Positions 12,518 to 24,827 of a DNA stretch of 64,000 nt are shown piece after piece. Source of the DNA: Epithemia pelagica (lineage: Eukaryota; Protista; Bacillariophyta); contig OX337237.1 in NCBI GenBank assembly GCA_946965045.2, forward strand, positions 434,001 through 498,000, in the 5' to 3' direction. Made by a program: the position numbers and the translations under genes. Numbering within the stretch: position 1 is the stretch's first letter; each line of letters starts with the position of its first letter. The notes under the pieces are model-generated. The model searched no databases. It was given only the letters and a program-made list of their open reading frames with translations, and had not been told where the DNA came from.

Positions 12518-13629
12518 ATGCAACGATTGGGTACGACCGTGTGGGCGGCTGGTACGATCGGTTCGGTAACAGCTTGGTTTTTGGGTTATATCAATCCAGA
12601 ACTCATGATGCGACCTCGCAATCACAATGCTCTCTATGTGCACGAATGTGACTGGAACATGATCTGGTGTCAAGACCAAACTTTTTCCAAGAACGACGGC
12701 ACACTTTTCACATCGCTGACGGTCCATCGAATAGATGCCTCTGGGAAGAATATCCGAGGGCAGCTGCCGAATGATCTGGGACTCTTATCAAATCTAAAAT
12801 CGCTAGATTTTAGATTCGACAAATTGACCGGTACCATTCCAACGGAATTTGGACAACTCAATCAACTCACCTATCTGAATTTTTTTGACCACGATCTCTC
12901 TGGATCCATTCCCGACGAAATATCCGGTTTGTCGGACCTCCGATTGCTAGATTTTCGGAATAGTCAATTGAACGGTGCCATTCCAACGCAATTTGGGCAA
13001 CTCAATCAACTGACCTTTCTGAATTTTGGTTCCAACGATCTTTCGGGACCCATTCCCCATGAACTATCCGGTTTGTCCAACCTCCGTGTGCTAGATTTTT
13101 CGTACAATCAATTGAATGGTACCATTCCAACGCAATTTGGGCAACTCAATCAACTGACCTATTTGAGTTTGGGTTACAACGATCTTTCGGGACCCATTCC
13201 CGTCGAAATGTCAAGCTTGTCGAACATCAAATCGCTCGATTTTGAGCGGAATCAATTGAATGGTACCAAGGATTTTGGACAACTCAATCAACTAACCTCT
13301 CTGGTGTTTTCGGACAACGATATCTCAGGACCCATTCCTAATGAGATTTCAAATTTGACAAGGCTGATATCGTTGTATTTTGACCAGAATCCAAGGCTGC
13401 AAGGCACTATCCGAGCTCTCTGGCCTCACTCCCGCGTCTCGATAACCTACATGTCTATCTAACCAACTTGACTGGAGAGATGCCACTTTGTGGGGCAGTT
13501 GGTAGGACGTACTTTGCTGTCATTGCCGACTGTGATTCGGTGGAATGTCCATGTTGCACATATTGCTGTCCCGCTTTGGGGGATATTCCGGCGTCGTCGT
13601 GGCTTCCTCCCGAATGTGGCGTGGTTTGA
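12518..13629 (+). CDS. Chimeric DUF3179-fragment/LRR gene; in-frame fusion at 12640/12641; -1 frameshift at 13411-13412 before the Cys-rich cap
   Basis: 12421-12640 matches the reverse complement of 20679-~20900 (DUF3179 gene). 12641-~13740 matches the reverse complement of 22554-~21370 (LRR gene and its 3' flank). 24-aa plant-specific-type LRRs. Adding one C restores ...ADCDSVECPCCTYCC...* ending at 13629. Confidence 0.7.
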
Positions 13630-14007
13630 CGAAATACGAGTAACCTGTTCGTTCCAAAGTATTAGGAGTACAAGGTATGGTGAGTTTACTATCTAGATAC
13701 TAGAGGGGTAGCTTCGAGTCAAAAGAATCATTTTCCTTAGAAGGAATGCGCCGCCATGGGATAACTTCTTGCTCTCCTGCAAGAGAAATGGAATCAAGGC
13801 ACATAAAAGGTTGTCGTATCCTAGTACTTTCGTCTGATGGAGGTCACAAGAAAGGGAACATTGAGAAACTATATGGCAATGCATCTTTTAAGTATAAACA
13901 GTATGAATCGGGAACGAAATCATATATCCCCGCTTTTCTCATGGAATGGGCACGCTTCCAAACGGCCGGACCCTGGCGGCGCGTCAACAAGTGAAGGACC
14001 CCCTGGC

Positions 14008-15321
14008 TCACTCAAAGGTCAATTCGGTAATGTGTTTGTGGGTAAATTCAAAGACGTGTGGACTGGTCGGGTCCACGTGGCACAAGATCCAACCAATGCT
14101 GGCATGTCCCGGACACTGGACTTGCACCAGATTGGGTGCCGCGTCAAGAGGATTGGACTGGACCTTATAGAAATGTCCATCTCCGTGAAACAAAACGACG
14201 GGCTTGTCCTCAAACTGGTTGGTTTCGGCCACCAAGGCTGTCCAAAAGCGTTGCGACCCCGAAAGAATTCGATTTTGGTGAATCATATTGGCTTGCATGG
14301 CCACCAGAATTCCAGCCATGTCCTTGTCCTTGGCAATTTGAAAGGCCTCTTGTACGAATTGAATTGCCGCCGTGGTACGAGCTTGGGATTCATTCTTGGC
14401 TCGTGCGCAATCCTGGTCGAACCGATTCAAGGAGGCCGTACAATTGGCATCGACATTGTCGTAATAGGCATTGTTGGATCCGACCATGTGAACCGTGACA
14501 TACAAGACATTGTTGTACGTCCACAATTGCATTTCGGGGTACTTCTTCTTGTCGTACAGTGTCACGTCCATTCGTCCTTGTCCCAAGATCTTGTGTTTGT
14601 CGTCGTAAAAGAAACGATCCCGGAGATGGTCCAGACGCTCCAATGGATCGTATCCACCCACATGATCACGATGACAATCCGTCCATTCGTCTACGTAAAG
14701 TAGGATGGATATGTGGCAACGATGATGAGGAAGAAGCAACATGGAACACGAAACATAAAGACACACCCGCATGTTGTTCGATACACAACGGCAGTGAAAC
14801 AACTATCACACTTACTGTCTCCAAGAGTCAAGATTCCCGGACAGTGCAACGAATCCATCAAGTCTTGAAACCGTGTGTAACTCGTGTCGTTGCACTGCCA
14901 CAAAGTACCAGTCCCTCCCCACAGAATATCCCCGGCATGAATGGTAAAGGCATGCGGATATGCGTTGATGGAATCACGCAATTGGGTGTAAATGGTACCA
15001 TACGGATACGGGTCATTGGCGTCGTCATCATTGTCATCAAAGACACGAGCCGTCGTTCCCCGATACGGCAAGTCGCCCCACAAGGCAATGGTATACGGTT
15101 CCGTGTCTTTCTGTATCGTGTATGGTGCCAACAAAACACGGGGAAACGGCTGAGAAGGACGAGTATTCTCCATCACTGGACTTTCCGTCCTGCAGATCTT
15201 GACATGTGTGTCTCTCGCCAGAAACGCAACTTACATGGATCTTGACCTTTCGTTTCTTTGCCTTTACTCCTGCTCCCAACGACAGCAAAACAGCCACAGA
15301 CGATGTCCATAGCAGCTTCAT
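14008..15321 (-). CDS. Secreted calcineurin-like metallophosphoesterase, copy 2 (intact); join(15321..15235,15110..14816,14690..14008)
   Basis: Signal-like MKLLWTSSVAVLLSLGAGVKA. WGDLPY, HAGDI, GD/NEWTDCHR, HMVG, FHGDGH. The intron in GDN is at the same position as in copy 1 and all phases are consistent. Confidence 0.85.
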
Positions 15322-15360
15322 GGTGCGTTTGTGGGTGTATGTTTGTCTTGTACGCACGTG

Positions 15361-15361
15361 G

Positions 15362-15403
<42 letters not shown>
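15361..15403. repeat. (GTT)n microsatellite upstream of the phosphoesterase start
   Basis: Directly visible. Confidence 0.9.
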
Positions 15404-15404
<1 letters not shown>

Positions 15405-16341
15405 GGTGGAGGAGGATTTGGCAAGTAGCTATCGTCACGTTGTTCTTGTTGTTGTTACTGTGGAGGAATCGGCAAAGCGATGTCGTTCGAAACGCACAGT
15501 CGATGGTGTGGGACACCCTCGTGTGTTTCCAGCTTCTGGGACTTGTTCTCCGCGTTGCGCTTCTCTACCGAGTCTTGCTTCCAAATTTTGGAAACGCACC
15601 TCCATGCTCAAAAGGAAATCCGTCGTCCTCTAGAGGTTCATGGGGCTTCCATTGTCCACGATTCCTTCCGTTGATGGATGTCGCACACCCGAATAGTAGT
15701 CCGCGATCCCATGACGATTGGAAAAAAAGAGAGGATCGATCCTTTTGTCGACTTGTCGATAGCAAGATCTTCCAGGATGGACACGCAATGTGTGATGGTC
15801 ATTGTCATTGGAAGCAACATTCATGATTCATTTGGCAAACCATGACTGATACAGCGACCATAGAGCAACCGATTCGAAATCCCTATCGCTATCGCCGTTT
15901 CTATGTCGAAACATAATCCAATGCGAGTTGCTACCCGATCTGTTATCTGTGGTGTAGCAGTACCTAAAGACGTGTCTGAAGCAAAAGCCTCCTCATCTAC
16001 TCTCGTACGTAGCTTGTCAATGGGTCATGCCAAAGGTTGCAACAAAGAATGGCTTCTATCAGCGACGCTGTGTCAAAGAAAAGAGCGCAATCACATTCAA
16101 GGTAGCTGTGAAAAGTTCGACTTTTTATATCCATGTGTATTTATGTAAATACTGAACTAGAAATGGACTCGGTTTCGCATGCAGGATAAAATACAGGTAC
16201 TGTTACAGAAGCAAGTGTCAAAAGAAATAGCAGCGACTCGGATGTATGATGGTAGTGGTGGGGGTTGTCCAAGAACCTTTTAGGTGATGAAGCAATTGCA
16301 AAACTGTGTACTTTTTCGGATCGCAGCTTGGCAAGTAAGAA

Positions 16342-16683
16342 TCACTTGCTTGCCGTGTCATCGTGATCGTTTCTTCGAGTCGTCTCTTGTTGCGTAGAAT
16401 CGTCGCTCACAATACTGTTGACAGAATCATCGTCATATTTTTCCGACGACTGATACTGTCGAACATCCGTAATGCCCACTGCTTCCATCAACAACCGTCG
16501 TTTCATGCGACGAAGCTTGGTGGCCAATCCAATGGGAGAATTCAACAGGTCGTCCGTCGTAGTAGTTGTTTGGGTGCGGGTCGACTTGGCGGTGGCGGTG
16601 GATGTGGCGGCAATTCTTCTTTGTGGAGGACTCTGGAACGAAGCGCAGGAATGGTTGGCACAGAAATCATTGGAGCAAGCCAT
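16342..16683 (-). CDS. Small hypothetical protein (MACSNDFC...LATKLRRMKRRLLMEAVG...)
   Basis: ATG-initiated ORF with protein-like composition; no family recognised. Confidence 0.3.
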   Translation of the reverse strand: MACSNDFCANHSCASFQSPPQRRIAATSTATAKSTRTQTTTTTDDLLNSPIGLATKLRRMKRRLLMEAVGITDVRQYQSSEKYDDDSVNSIVSDDSTQQETTRRNDHDDTASK

Positions 16684-17609
16684 GGTGTTACCGAAACAAT
16701 TGGAACTTGATTTTTCGTCTTCTTGTCTGGATTGATTGTTCAACCGTTGGATGGATACACACAGACAGTGTGTTTTTCGATTCTTGGAATTATGAGATCG
16801 CTACACGAGAAAGGATCTTTCCCACCGTGACACGCAGAACGCAGAGACCAGAGACACGAGACACACTCCGCGAAAAAAAGCTGGTGAGGAAGAATTTGGA
16901 GCGATTCCCCGTCAGTTCGCAAGAAGCGAGGGGGACTATTGCCTTCACAGAGTGGTAACGGCTTTCTTAACGGATTTTGGACGGATTTACGAAGCAAGAC
17001 GCTAACACGATCACGCTTAAGTAGGATGTGGGATCTAAATCCATTGCCCCTCAGGAATTCGCATAAGTCACGCGGTCGCACTTCCAGGAAGGTCAAGAAT
17101 GGAACGATGGAAGAACTTGTGGGACTTGTTCCATTTTCTTGAGCTTCGTGGTGGGGCGAAAGGGTGAGCAGTGGGGGGATCTACCCACTCTTGGCATCTA
17201 CCTACTCCTAGGTAGTTTTTGCGCATGTCTATTTCAGAGGGGAGATGTTGTTGGAGTTGTTATCTTGCTCCTCTAGGACTACTTTCTTGCGTTTGCAATC
17301 GAAGGCATTCTGTTCACCAACTCTCTCGAGTTAAGGTTTCGATAACAAAGTCAGTTTATTAGGAATAAAAGGTCTTGAAATGCTTTAATATATGACCTTT
17401 CGAGTGGAACGTTGCTTCCCGAGCACGACGAAGGAGGGAAATATGCAAACCGAAACGCTCCTCGCAATATCGAAACAAATCAACCCAACTCATTGACACA
17501 GCAATGTTTCTTTCCAAGACTACAATCGTGTTTTAATCGTTGAACTATCCATTCATACTGTTGGATGAACGATTGCTGTTCAATCTACTACCGCTTCTGG
17601 CTTTGCTAG

Positions 17610-18710
17610 CTAGGAATCCGAGGCACCTCCAATGGTTCCCAATCCGACACAGGTTCGAAAGGTGTCATACAAGAGCCATTGACCGGCCAGAATGGTACCC
17701 GTCATGGCCACACGGGGGCCCAGTCCGTTGGTACACAAGTACCAGAGACCCACGCGTTGAATCAGGCCGCGGTAGGTGAGAGAGGCAAACTCGGGCCGTG
17801 ATTGCAGCGATAACAGTGAATCGGGGACGTGAGTGCAGACCGTGGCCACCAAACCGGCCGTGTAACCGCCCACCAAGGTGACACTCAATTGAGTGGTCAT
17901 GTCACAGTCTTGTTTGGGTCTGTGCAACACGTCTCGATGCAAATACGCCACCACATTTTCAAACAAGACAAAATTGACCATGGTGGTTGGTACTTGTCGA
18001 CCCAATAGTGGTCCCAAGGATCCAAAGGGAAAGGATGGTTCCGATCGCATCACACGTAGGCCGGACCAAAAATCTTTGGGAAAGGTACGATCGGTTTGGG
18101 TCCGTACCTTGAGCATTTCCCACGGACACATGAGAACATTGGCAATGGCTTCGGCCCCAGCAGCAGAGACTAGATAGACCAAACTCTTGTATTTTTCTCG
18201 TATGGATGACAAGGGTTCGTGAGTGTCGTCCTCCATCAACATCATTTGACGAAGCAACTGACCCTTAAAGACTTCGTACATTCCGTACTTGACTCCGGTT
18301 TGTGTGCCATAGGCGAGCATGGTGGGGATCAACCCACGGTACAAACCCGCCACGCCTTCGGCTTGATAAATTAACCACAATCCCTGTCGAAAAGTAGGAT
18401 ACAGCTGCGGCGAAACTTGCATGTTGCACTTGACATTGTCCAGTGGCGTTTTGACCCATCGGATACTACTCGACAAGGCGCCTCCCAAGAAACATAGGCC
18501 GATGTGAGACAGCGATTGCTGCGGAGGAGAAGGACCAATTCCGGGAACGTTTTGTAGGTGGTGGGATGCTGAGTGTCGTGATGATGGCACTGTAGAAAAG
18601 CGAGAGACGTTCATTGTAGTGAAGGATCTAATTCCACCATTCTGATGTCCCGAGGAAGGACGGAGATTCGATTTGTGGACTTGATGATGATCACTTGATG
18701 CTACAACCAT
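17610..18710 (-). CDS. Mitochondrial phosphate carrier (SLC25A3/Mir1-like)
   Basis: PxDxxK signature (TPLDNVKCNMQ), GLYRG, YGTQTGVKYGMYEVFK, AEAIANVLMCPWEMLKVRTQ, RQVPTTMVNFVLFE. Confidence 0.85.
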   Translation of the reverse strand: MVVASSDHHQVHKSNLRPSSGHQNGGIRSFTTMNVSRFSTVPSSRHSASHHLQNVPGIGPSPPQQSLSHIGLCFLGGALSSSIRWVKTPLDNVKCNMQVSPQLYPTFRQGLWLIYQAEGVAGLYRGLIPTMLAYGTQTGVKYGMYEVFKGQLLRQMMLMEDDTHEPLSSIREKYKSLVYLVSAAGAEAIANVLMCPWEMLKVRTQTDRTFPKDFWSGLRVMRSEPSFPFGSLGPLLGRQVPTTMVNFVLFENVVAYLHRDVLHRPKQDCDMTTQLSVTLVGGYTAGLVATVCTHVPDSLLSLQSRPEFASLTYRGLIQRVGLWYLCTNGLGPRVAMTGTILAGQWLLYDTFRTCVGLGTIGGASDS

Positions 18711-19312
18711 GTTATTGGGATTTCAAAGTTGACATTATGACATCTCCCTGGTCCAAACCATCAATGATCGAATGAATGCAATCGAAAGGAATTTGTGATG
18801 CAGCACAATTCGCCGTGACAAACTCACGGCTTACGTGGCGAGGAGTTCGCGAGACGTGGTTTTCAAGTATGACCGTTATTCATGCAAATTATGTGCGACC
18901 GGGAAAGTACTTCCGTTTGTTTTCATAGTTACCTGGAGTAGTTTTTATCTGCATGGTCCTAACACTATCTCTACTCATGCAATGATCTACCTCTCTTAAA
19001 TTCATTCATGGATCCAACCAACCACAGCAACCATGTGCGAAAATGGACTGTATGAATCAGGAATGGAATGTCCTTCGTATGTCTTTGACACAAACAGACT
19101 TACATACTAAACAGAGTCTCCTCCAATTGGACACAAACAGACTTACCTACTAACCACAAAGTCTCCTCCCAGTGGAGCCTTTGACCACCTCGTTTTCCAA
19201 CGCATTTCTCTTGGAAAAGTCCATAGATAGCATTGTATATTCCGAGCTTTCTCCTTGTCACTCACCGGTGTGTTGGCTTGGATTTGGCAACAATTGGTCC
19301 ACTCGTCTACTA

Positions 19313-21125
19313 TTAGGAGTTGTTTGCCGAACCAATATCCGTCGTGGGAATCAAGGCAGTTTGCGGAAAAAAGTTTTGCCACGAAAACCAAAAGAGACCA
19401 CTCTTGACGGTAGACAAGCGTTCCAATTGGAGTGGAGTAACGTTCACCTTTTTCTTCTTCTTTTGGTCCTTTTCGGACGACCGCAGGACGTGTCCATGCA
19501 CATTGATGCGCTCGACAATGGGATCGTTGTTGGGTCGAATAAAAATACCCAAGGATTCCGAGTCAGGATCCCACGAGGCCACCAAGGGCACTCCCCCAAT
19601 GATCCAGTTGCGATTTTGGTCTTGACAAAAGTCTTGCGTCACGGCCACATAGTGATCACCCACGTTAAAGCCCCACACACGTGTCTTGGCATGCAAGCGA
19701 TCATCAATATTCTAGCGAATGACAATAGTGCAGCAACACAATCCACAACCGGTTAGAAAAGGAGCCGAATAATACAACAACATAGAAAGAATGCCAACCA
19801 AGCGCCACACGCAACCCTTCTTGCGCAAACTTACATCGACGGTCGGGAAAATGGGCCTTGGACTCTTGCCATGATAGTCCAAGAATATATCAAAGACAAA
19901 TTGCATCACCTTATCGTAGATGGTCAAGGCTGGATTTTGCAAGAGATTGGGAAATTCCTTGTAATCATTGATAAAGACTTGGCCCGTTTCCGGATAAGCC
20001 TTGGCAAATTGTCCCAATGTCATGCGCCAACTGGGCAATTCCGTGGCCACGGGTACCTGCAATCGTTCCAATTCTTGGGTCGAGGGTCGTCGTCCCACTC
20101 GATTGTAATCGGCAGTGCCACCCATGGCTTGCAACAAGCGGGTTTCATCCAAACAATTGATTTGATGACCCATGTGCCCCGTCGTCTTGTCCAATACCAC
20201 CAAATTATTTTCCAATTGACTGATGTAGGGTCGTGCGTGTATCGAAACAGAACGCAGAAGGAGAAAAAAGCAGAAAAGTCCATGAGAAGGGGGGTTCGTC
20301 ATTGAGGGTCCACCATGTTTGAAAACAGGACGAATGTGAGTATGGTCGTAGCAGCTGTTACCAAGTCCACACTTTGATTGTCCTAGTGACAGGGTGGGGG
20401 TACACACACGTACGTACATGTAGGGAACCAATTCTCGGTATCGGGCGTTACCACCACGACACCAGTGCCGGTCAAGGCACAATAGGCAAAATCACGGCCG
20501 GTGGTTGCCGATTGCCGGGCAATCGCGCAATGTGCGGCCGCATAATTTGCGCATCTGGAAAACAATAGGGTATGAAAGTCGAGTTGTCGTTCTTGTTGCT
20601 ACTAGACCGTTGCTGTTCGGTGACGACACACCATTGGTGGGGATCCAATCCCAAGGTATCCACGGCTTGGTGAGCCGACACATAGAGAGCATTGTGATTG
20701 CGAGGTCGCATCATGAGTTCTGGGTTGATATAACCCAAAAACCAAGCTGTTACCGAACCGACCGTACCAGCCGCCCACATAGCTGTACCCAATCGTTGCA
20801 TGCGACGAGAAGACGATCCAAACAACAAGTGAAAGGACTTGGTGGTTGCTCCTGCTGCTTGGCCTTGTGGTTTCACCAACGACGAGGAGGAGGTAGACAC
20901 TGCCATTAGGGTGGTATGAATCAAGGTAGATATTCCAAACAATTGGGAGACTTTATGGCGATGAAAAAATGTTTGCATGACATGATCACGATTGGGTTTG
21001 TGAATCCAATGACTGAAATCGGCCAAATCACGAAACAAGAGACCCGAAGTGCCCCCGGCCACACTGCCAAACGTGGCAAAGGCGACACGAGCGGCCCAGG
21101 GATTCAACAGAGCCGTGCTTGACAT
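19313..21125 (-). CDS. DUF3179-like protein with N-terminal membrane segments; multi-exon; -1 frameshift at ~20485-20491
   Basis: YCFPDAQIMRPHI..., (A)YCALTGTG, NNLVVLDKTTGHMGHQI, DDRLHAKTRVWG and FWFSWQNFFPQT follow the DUF3179 motif order. Intron 19834..19712 is clear; the intron(s) between ~20400 and ~20215 are unresolved. Confidence 0.65.
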
Positions 21126-21480
21126 TGTATGGTTGCGATTTGTTTGTGTTTTGTTTTTGATTGGTTTATGTTCTTTGGAATTGAAGAGAGCCGAGAAATG
21201 AAGAAATGAAGAAAGGGAGAAAAGATACCATGGGCTTGGGGTACCTTTAGCGACCAAAACCAGAAGGTGATCGCGTTCGTGTCGTCTATGCAGTCGCTGG
21301 AGAAATGTAATCGTTAGGCTTCTCTCTAGCTAGGGGAAGGTAGGTGGGAAAAAACGTAATAGGAGTATAAGAAAAATGATTCTCGTTGAAACAATGCCCC
21401 TCTTGTATCTACATAGTAAACTCACCATACCTTTCACTCACATATTTCGGAAAGAACATGTTCATGCTACTCCTATTTCG

Positions 21481-23301
21481 TCAAACCACGTCACATTCGG
21501 GAGAAAGCCACGACGCGGCCGGAATATCCCCAAAAGCGGGACAGCACCAAGTGCAACATGGACATTCCACAGAGTCACAATCGGCAACGATGAAAGTGAA
21601 GGACGTCCTAGGAACTGCCCCACAAAGCGGCATCTCTCCAGTCAAGTTGGTTAAATAGACACGGAGATCGGTAAGATCCGGGAGTGAGGCCAGAGAGCTT
21701 GGTACAATTCCCTCCAACCTTGAATTCTGCGCAAAATTCACGGATGCCAGCCTTGTCAACCCGGATATTTCGTTGGGAATGGGTCCTGAGAGATCGTTGT
21801 CCAAAAAGCTCAGATCGGTCAGTTGATTGAGTTGCCCAATTTGCGTTGGAATGGTGCCGTTCAATTGATTGAGCCCAAAATCTAGCGTTATGATGTTGGA
21901 CAAACCGGATATTTCGTCGGGAATGGGTCCTGAGAGATCATTGTCCTAAAAACTCAGAACGGTCAATTGATTAAGTTGCCCAAATTGCGTTCTTGGAATG
22001 GTACCTTGCAATTGATTCAGCCCAAAATCTAGCCATCCAATGTTGGACAAACCTGATAGTTCATGGGGAATGGGTCCTGAAAGATCGTTGTCCACAAAAC
22101 TCAAATAGGTCAGTTGATTGAGTTGTCCAAATTTCGTTGGAATGGGTCCTGAGAGATCGTTGCGATAAAAACTCAGAAATGCCAGTTGATTGAGTTGCCC
22201 AATATGCGTTGGAATGGTACCGTCCAATTGATTAAACCCAAAATCTAGCCTGTTGATGTTGGACAAACCGGATATTTCGTTGGAAATTGGTCCTGATAGA
22301 TCGTTGTCCAAAAAACTCAAATAGGTCAGTTGACTGAATTGTCCAAATTCCGTTCGAATGGTACCAGTCAAATGGTTGAATCCGAAATCTAGCGATTCGA
22401 TATTTGATAGGAGTCCCAGATCATTCGGCAGCTACCTTCGGATATTCTTCCCAGAGGCATCTATTCCATGGACCGTCAGAGATGTGAAAAGCGTGCCGTC
22501 GTTGTTGGAATAAGTTTGGTCTTGACACCAGATCATGTTCCAGTCACATTCGTGCGCAGCAGTCAGCCAACCCACCCGAGCATCCTCATCCCATGGGTCT
22601 TGGGTATCTTGCGTGAACCAAAATGTCGCCAAGGCATATCGTTGGATCAGTCGATGTTGATCCACCTCAGTTTCGACTCCAAGTTGCGCTGAGTCGGTAT
22701 CTACAATCCACGCCAAGGCCTTTTCCTCCGCAGTGGCCGAACCTTCGGGCGCAGGATAGCGTAAGGGAGACGACGACAGAGTGTGATCCTGCAGATACGA
22801 TACCACATTCACGGCTCGTGAGTCGGTGGTCGGAGCAATTGATTGCGTGGGAGGATGATTGACAGTGGGCATCCTTGAGGGCTCCGAAGAGGGCCTTCTA
22901 GTGGGTTGGGGTGATACACTAATATTTTCTTCAGAAGGGGATATCGAACGGGGAGATTGGAAGTTTGCATTGACTTTCAATTCGGATGGCGTCGACGATT
23001 TGTTGTCTCCACAGTTTGCCAGTGGAACAACAACAGCCGTGACCATGGCAGCCAACACGACAATCACAGCAACAGCAACAAGAATGAAATGCCATCTCGG
23101 GTGAAACTGGAACAAGCCAATTTCATCTCGCTTGGCGTTTTGTTTCTGGTATGGTTGGGCTTCAACTTCGTTGGACAGTCCATAACTGATCAGATCGCTA
23201 CTTTCTTGGAAAGAGTTATTATTATTTTGCTCTTCCTTATTGTTCATGATCGGCACGGCATGGACAACCTCATGGCTGTTGCTCTTGCTCGTGAGCACCA
23301 T
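21481..23301 (-). pseudogene. Single-TM LRR receptor-like gene disabled by two in-frame TAG codons (22432-22434, 21946-21948)
   Basis: One continuous 607-codon frame: TM helix, Pro/Ser/Thr stalk, QRYALATFW, HECDW, LRRs, CDSVECPCCTWCC cap. The paralogue at 12.7 kb has CAG at the first stop, and sister repeats have TTG at the second. Confidence 0.85.
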
Positions 23302-23467
23302 GTTCGTTCGAGTCGGTTGTAAAACATTAAAGATTCAATTGCGTTGTGATGAAACGTTTCTTATGGATCTTTCTAACCAAGTCTCGCATTTGGATCTGGA
23401 TTCAAGTGCACTTCGGATAAGACTTGCATGATGTAAAATTATGAGGGTACTCGTCAGACACTAGAGA

Positions 23468-23530
23468 TACTCTCTAGCGGCAAGATGAGTCCTGCTGGTG
23501 AATGAGTAAGGGTGCAGTCTGAGTCTCTCA
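23468..23530 (+). mobile_element. Decayed terminus of the TACCCCC-type TIR family (compare 48827, 51109, 54571)
   Basis: tactctctagcggcaagatgagtcctgctggtgaatgagtaagggtgcagtctga aligns with 48827 taccccctagcggaagggtgagtcctgctcgtgaatgggtaagggtgcaatctga; several differences are C>T/G>A. Confidence 0.6.
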
Positions 23531-23856
23531 TTCTGTAAGTGAGTCACGACCACACAGGATTTCATCTGCCGCTGGGGATATCAATGGGGATCAGGATTTC
23601 GAGCGGCGCAACGACGCCCTGGGGCGCTGCTTTTTCGAGTCAAAAGGCGTTGCATACGTATGCATCAGGAACACCACCGATATTTGTATCTTAGGAACAA
23701 AAATCGTCTGTGGGCTAGGTGCTAGGTGACGAAAGAACTGGTCGCGCGCCAGCAGTCCGGTAGAGAACATGACCGCGACCTGCAAGACTAAATAGAAATC
23801 GCATTTAATACATGACGGCTAAGTAATCAACAAGGACATGTGTGAGTCACCGGCTA

Positions 23857-24404
23857 GGCCCTTATTTAACAAATTTGATAGAAGATGTATCCTTTTGTAC
23901 CAAACGGATACAGGACCAAATCTGGGGTACATTCGGCGAAGGATGAACTATGTACCCTTTTGAACGAACTGTACCCCCTTTGTCCCCAGTTGTACCCATG
24001 TATCCATTGGATACATTTTATACATATTTTGTATCCGATGGATACAAAAACCACGACGCAGGCTCGCTCGCTAGATTTTTAAATAGTCCTAGAATATTTA
24101 CAGTGAGTTTCAGTGATTTTGCCGGCGTGATGAGATGCAACCCAAAATATGAACCTGTCAGTCATCCGTTAGGTCCTTATTTAACAAATATGATAAAATA
24201 CGTATCCTTTTGTACCAAACGGATACAGGGGGTACATTCGGCGAAGGATGAACTATGTACCCTTTTGAACGAACTGTACCCCCTTTGTCCCCAGTTGTAC
24301 CCATGTATCCATTGGATACATTTTATACATATTTTGTATCTGATGGATACAAAAACCACGACGCAGGCTCGCTCGCTAGATTTTTCTCATTCTTAAATAG
24401 TCTT
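23857..24404. mobile_element. Two near-identical ~230-bp MITE-like copies (23857-24089, 24172-~24404)
   Basis: Direct repeats with imperfect termini GG(C/T)CCTTATTTAA...TTAAATAGTCC. Copy 1 is flanked by TA on both sides. Interior rich in GTATCC/GGATAC/GTACCC motifs. Confidence 0.6.
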
Positions 24405-24827
24405 GTTGATGTTCGAATACATAGGCTTATTCAAGATTAGAATAACGTAAATACAACCGTGTCCTACTAAATCTACAATAGTGATTTTTAGTGATAATGC
24501 CGGCGTGACGAGATGCGTTGAAACCATTTTACCCATCGGGATTGGGGCTGACCCGAAAAATGAACCTTGGTTGCAGATATCGGTGGTGTTCCAGATGGAT
24601 GTGCATTGTGCATGCCAATCCAGAAGCAGATCTTTTTGCTTTGTGATTGTTCCCTCACTCCACTGTGTTGGAAAGATTGCAAGGGACCGGCGAGAGAAAC
24701 TAATAACAGGGAAACATCGTCATCTTCTTCTCCTTCTCTTGTGGAGGCAGCGTGTGAAAGAGAATACAATCAATCGATTTGTTCGTTGGAAAAAAGAGAG
24801 AGTCGCAAAAGGCGCACAAGAAACACC

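Noticed and set aside
12660-13400. Regular ~72-bp repeats resembling a CRISPR array
   Set aside because: They are degenerate coding LRR units (24 aa) without unique spacers; the same applies at 21.5-22.4 kb.
19088-19175. Imperfect ~43-bp tandem duplication
   Set aside because: Ordinary local duplication in intergenic DNA with no further structure.
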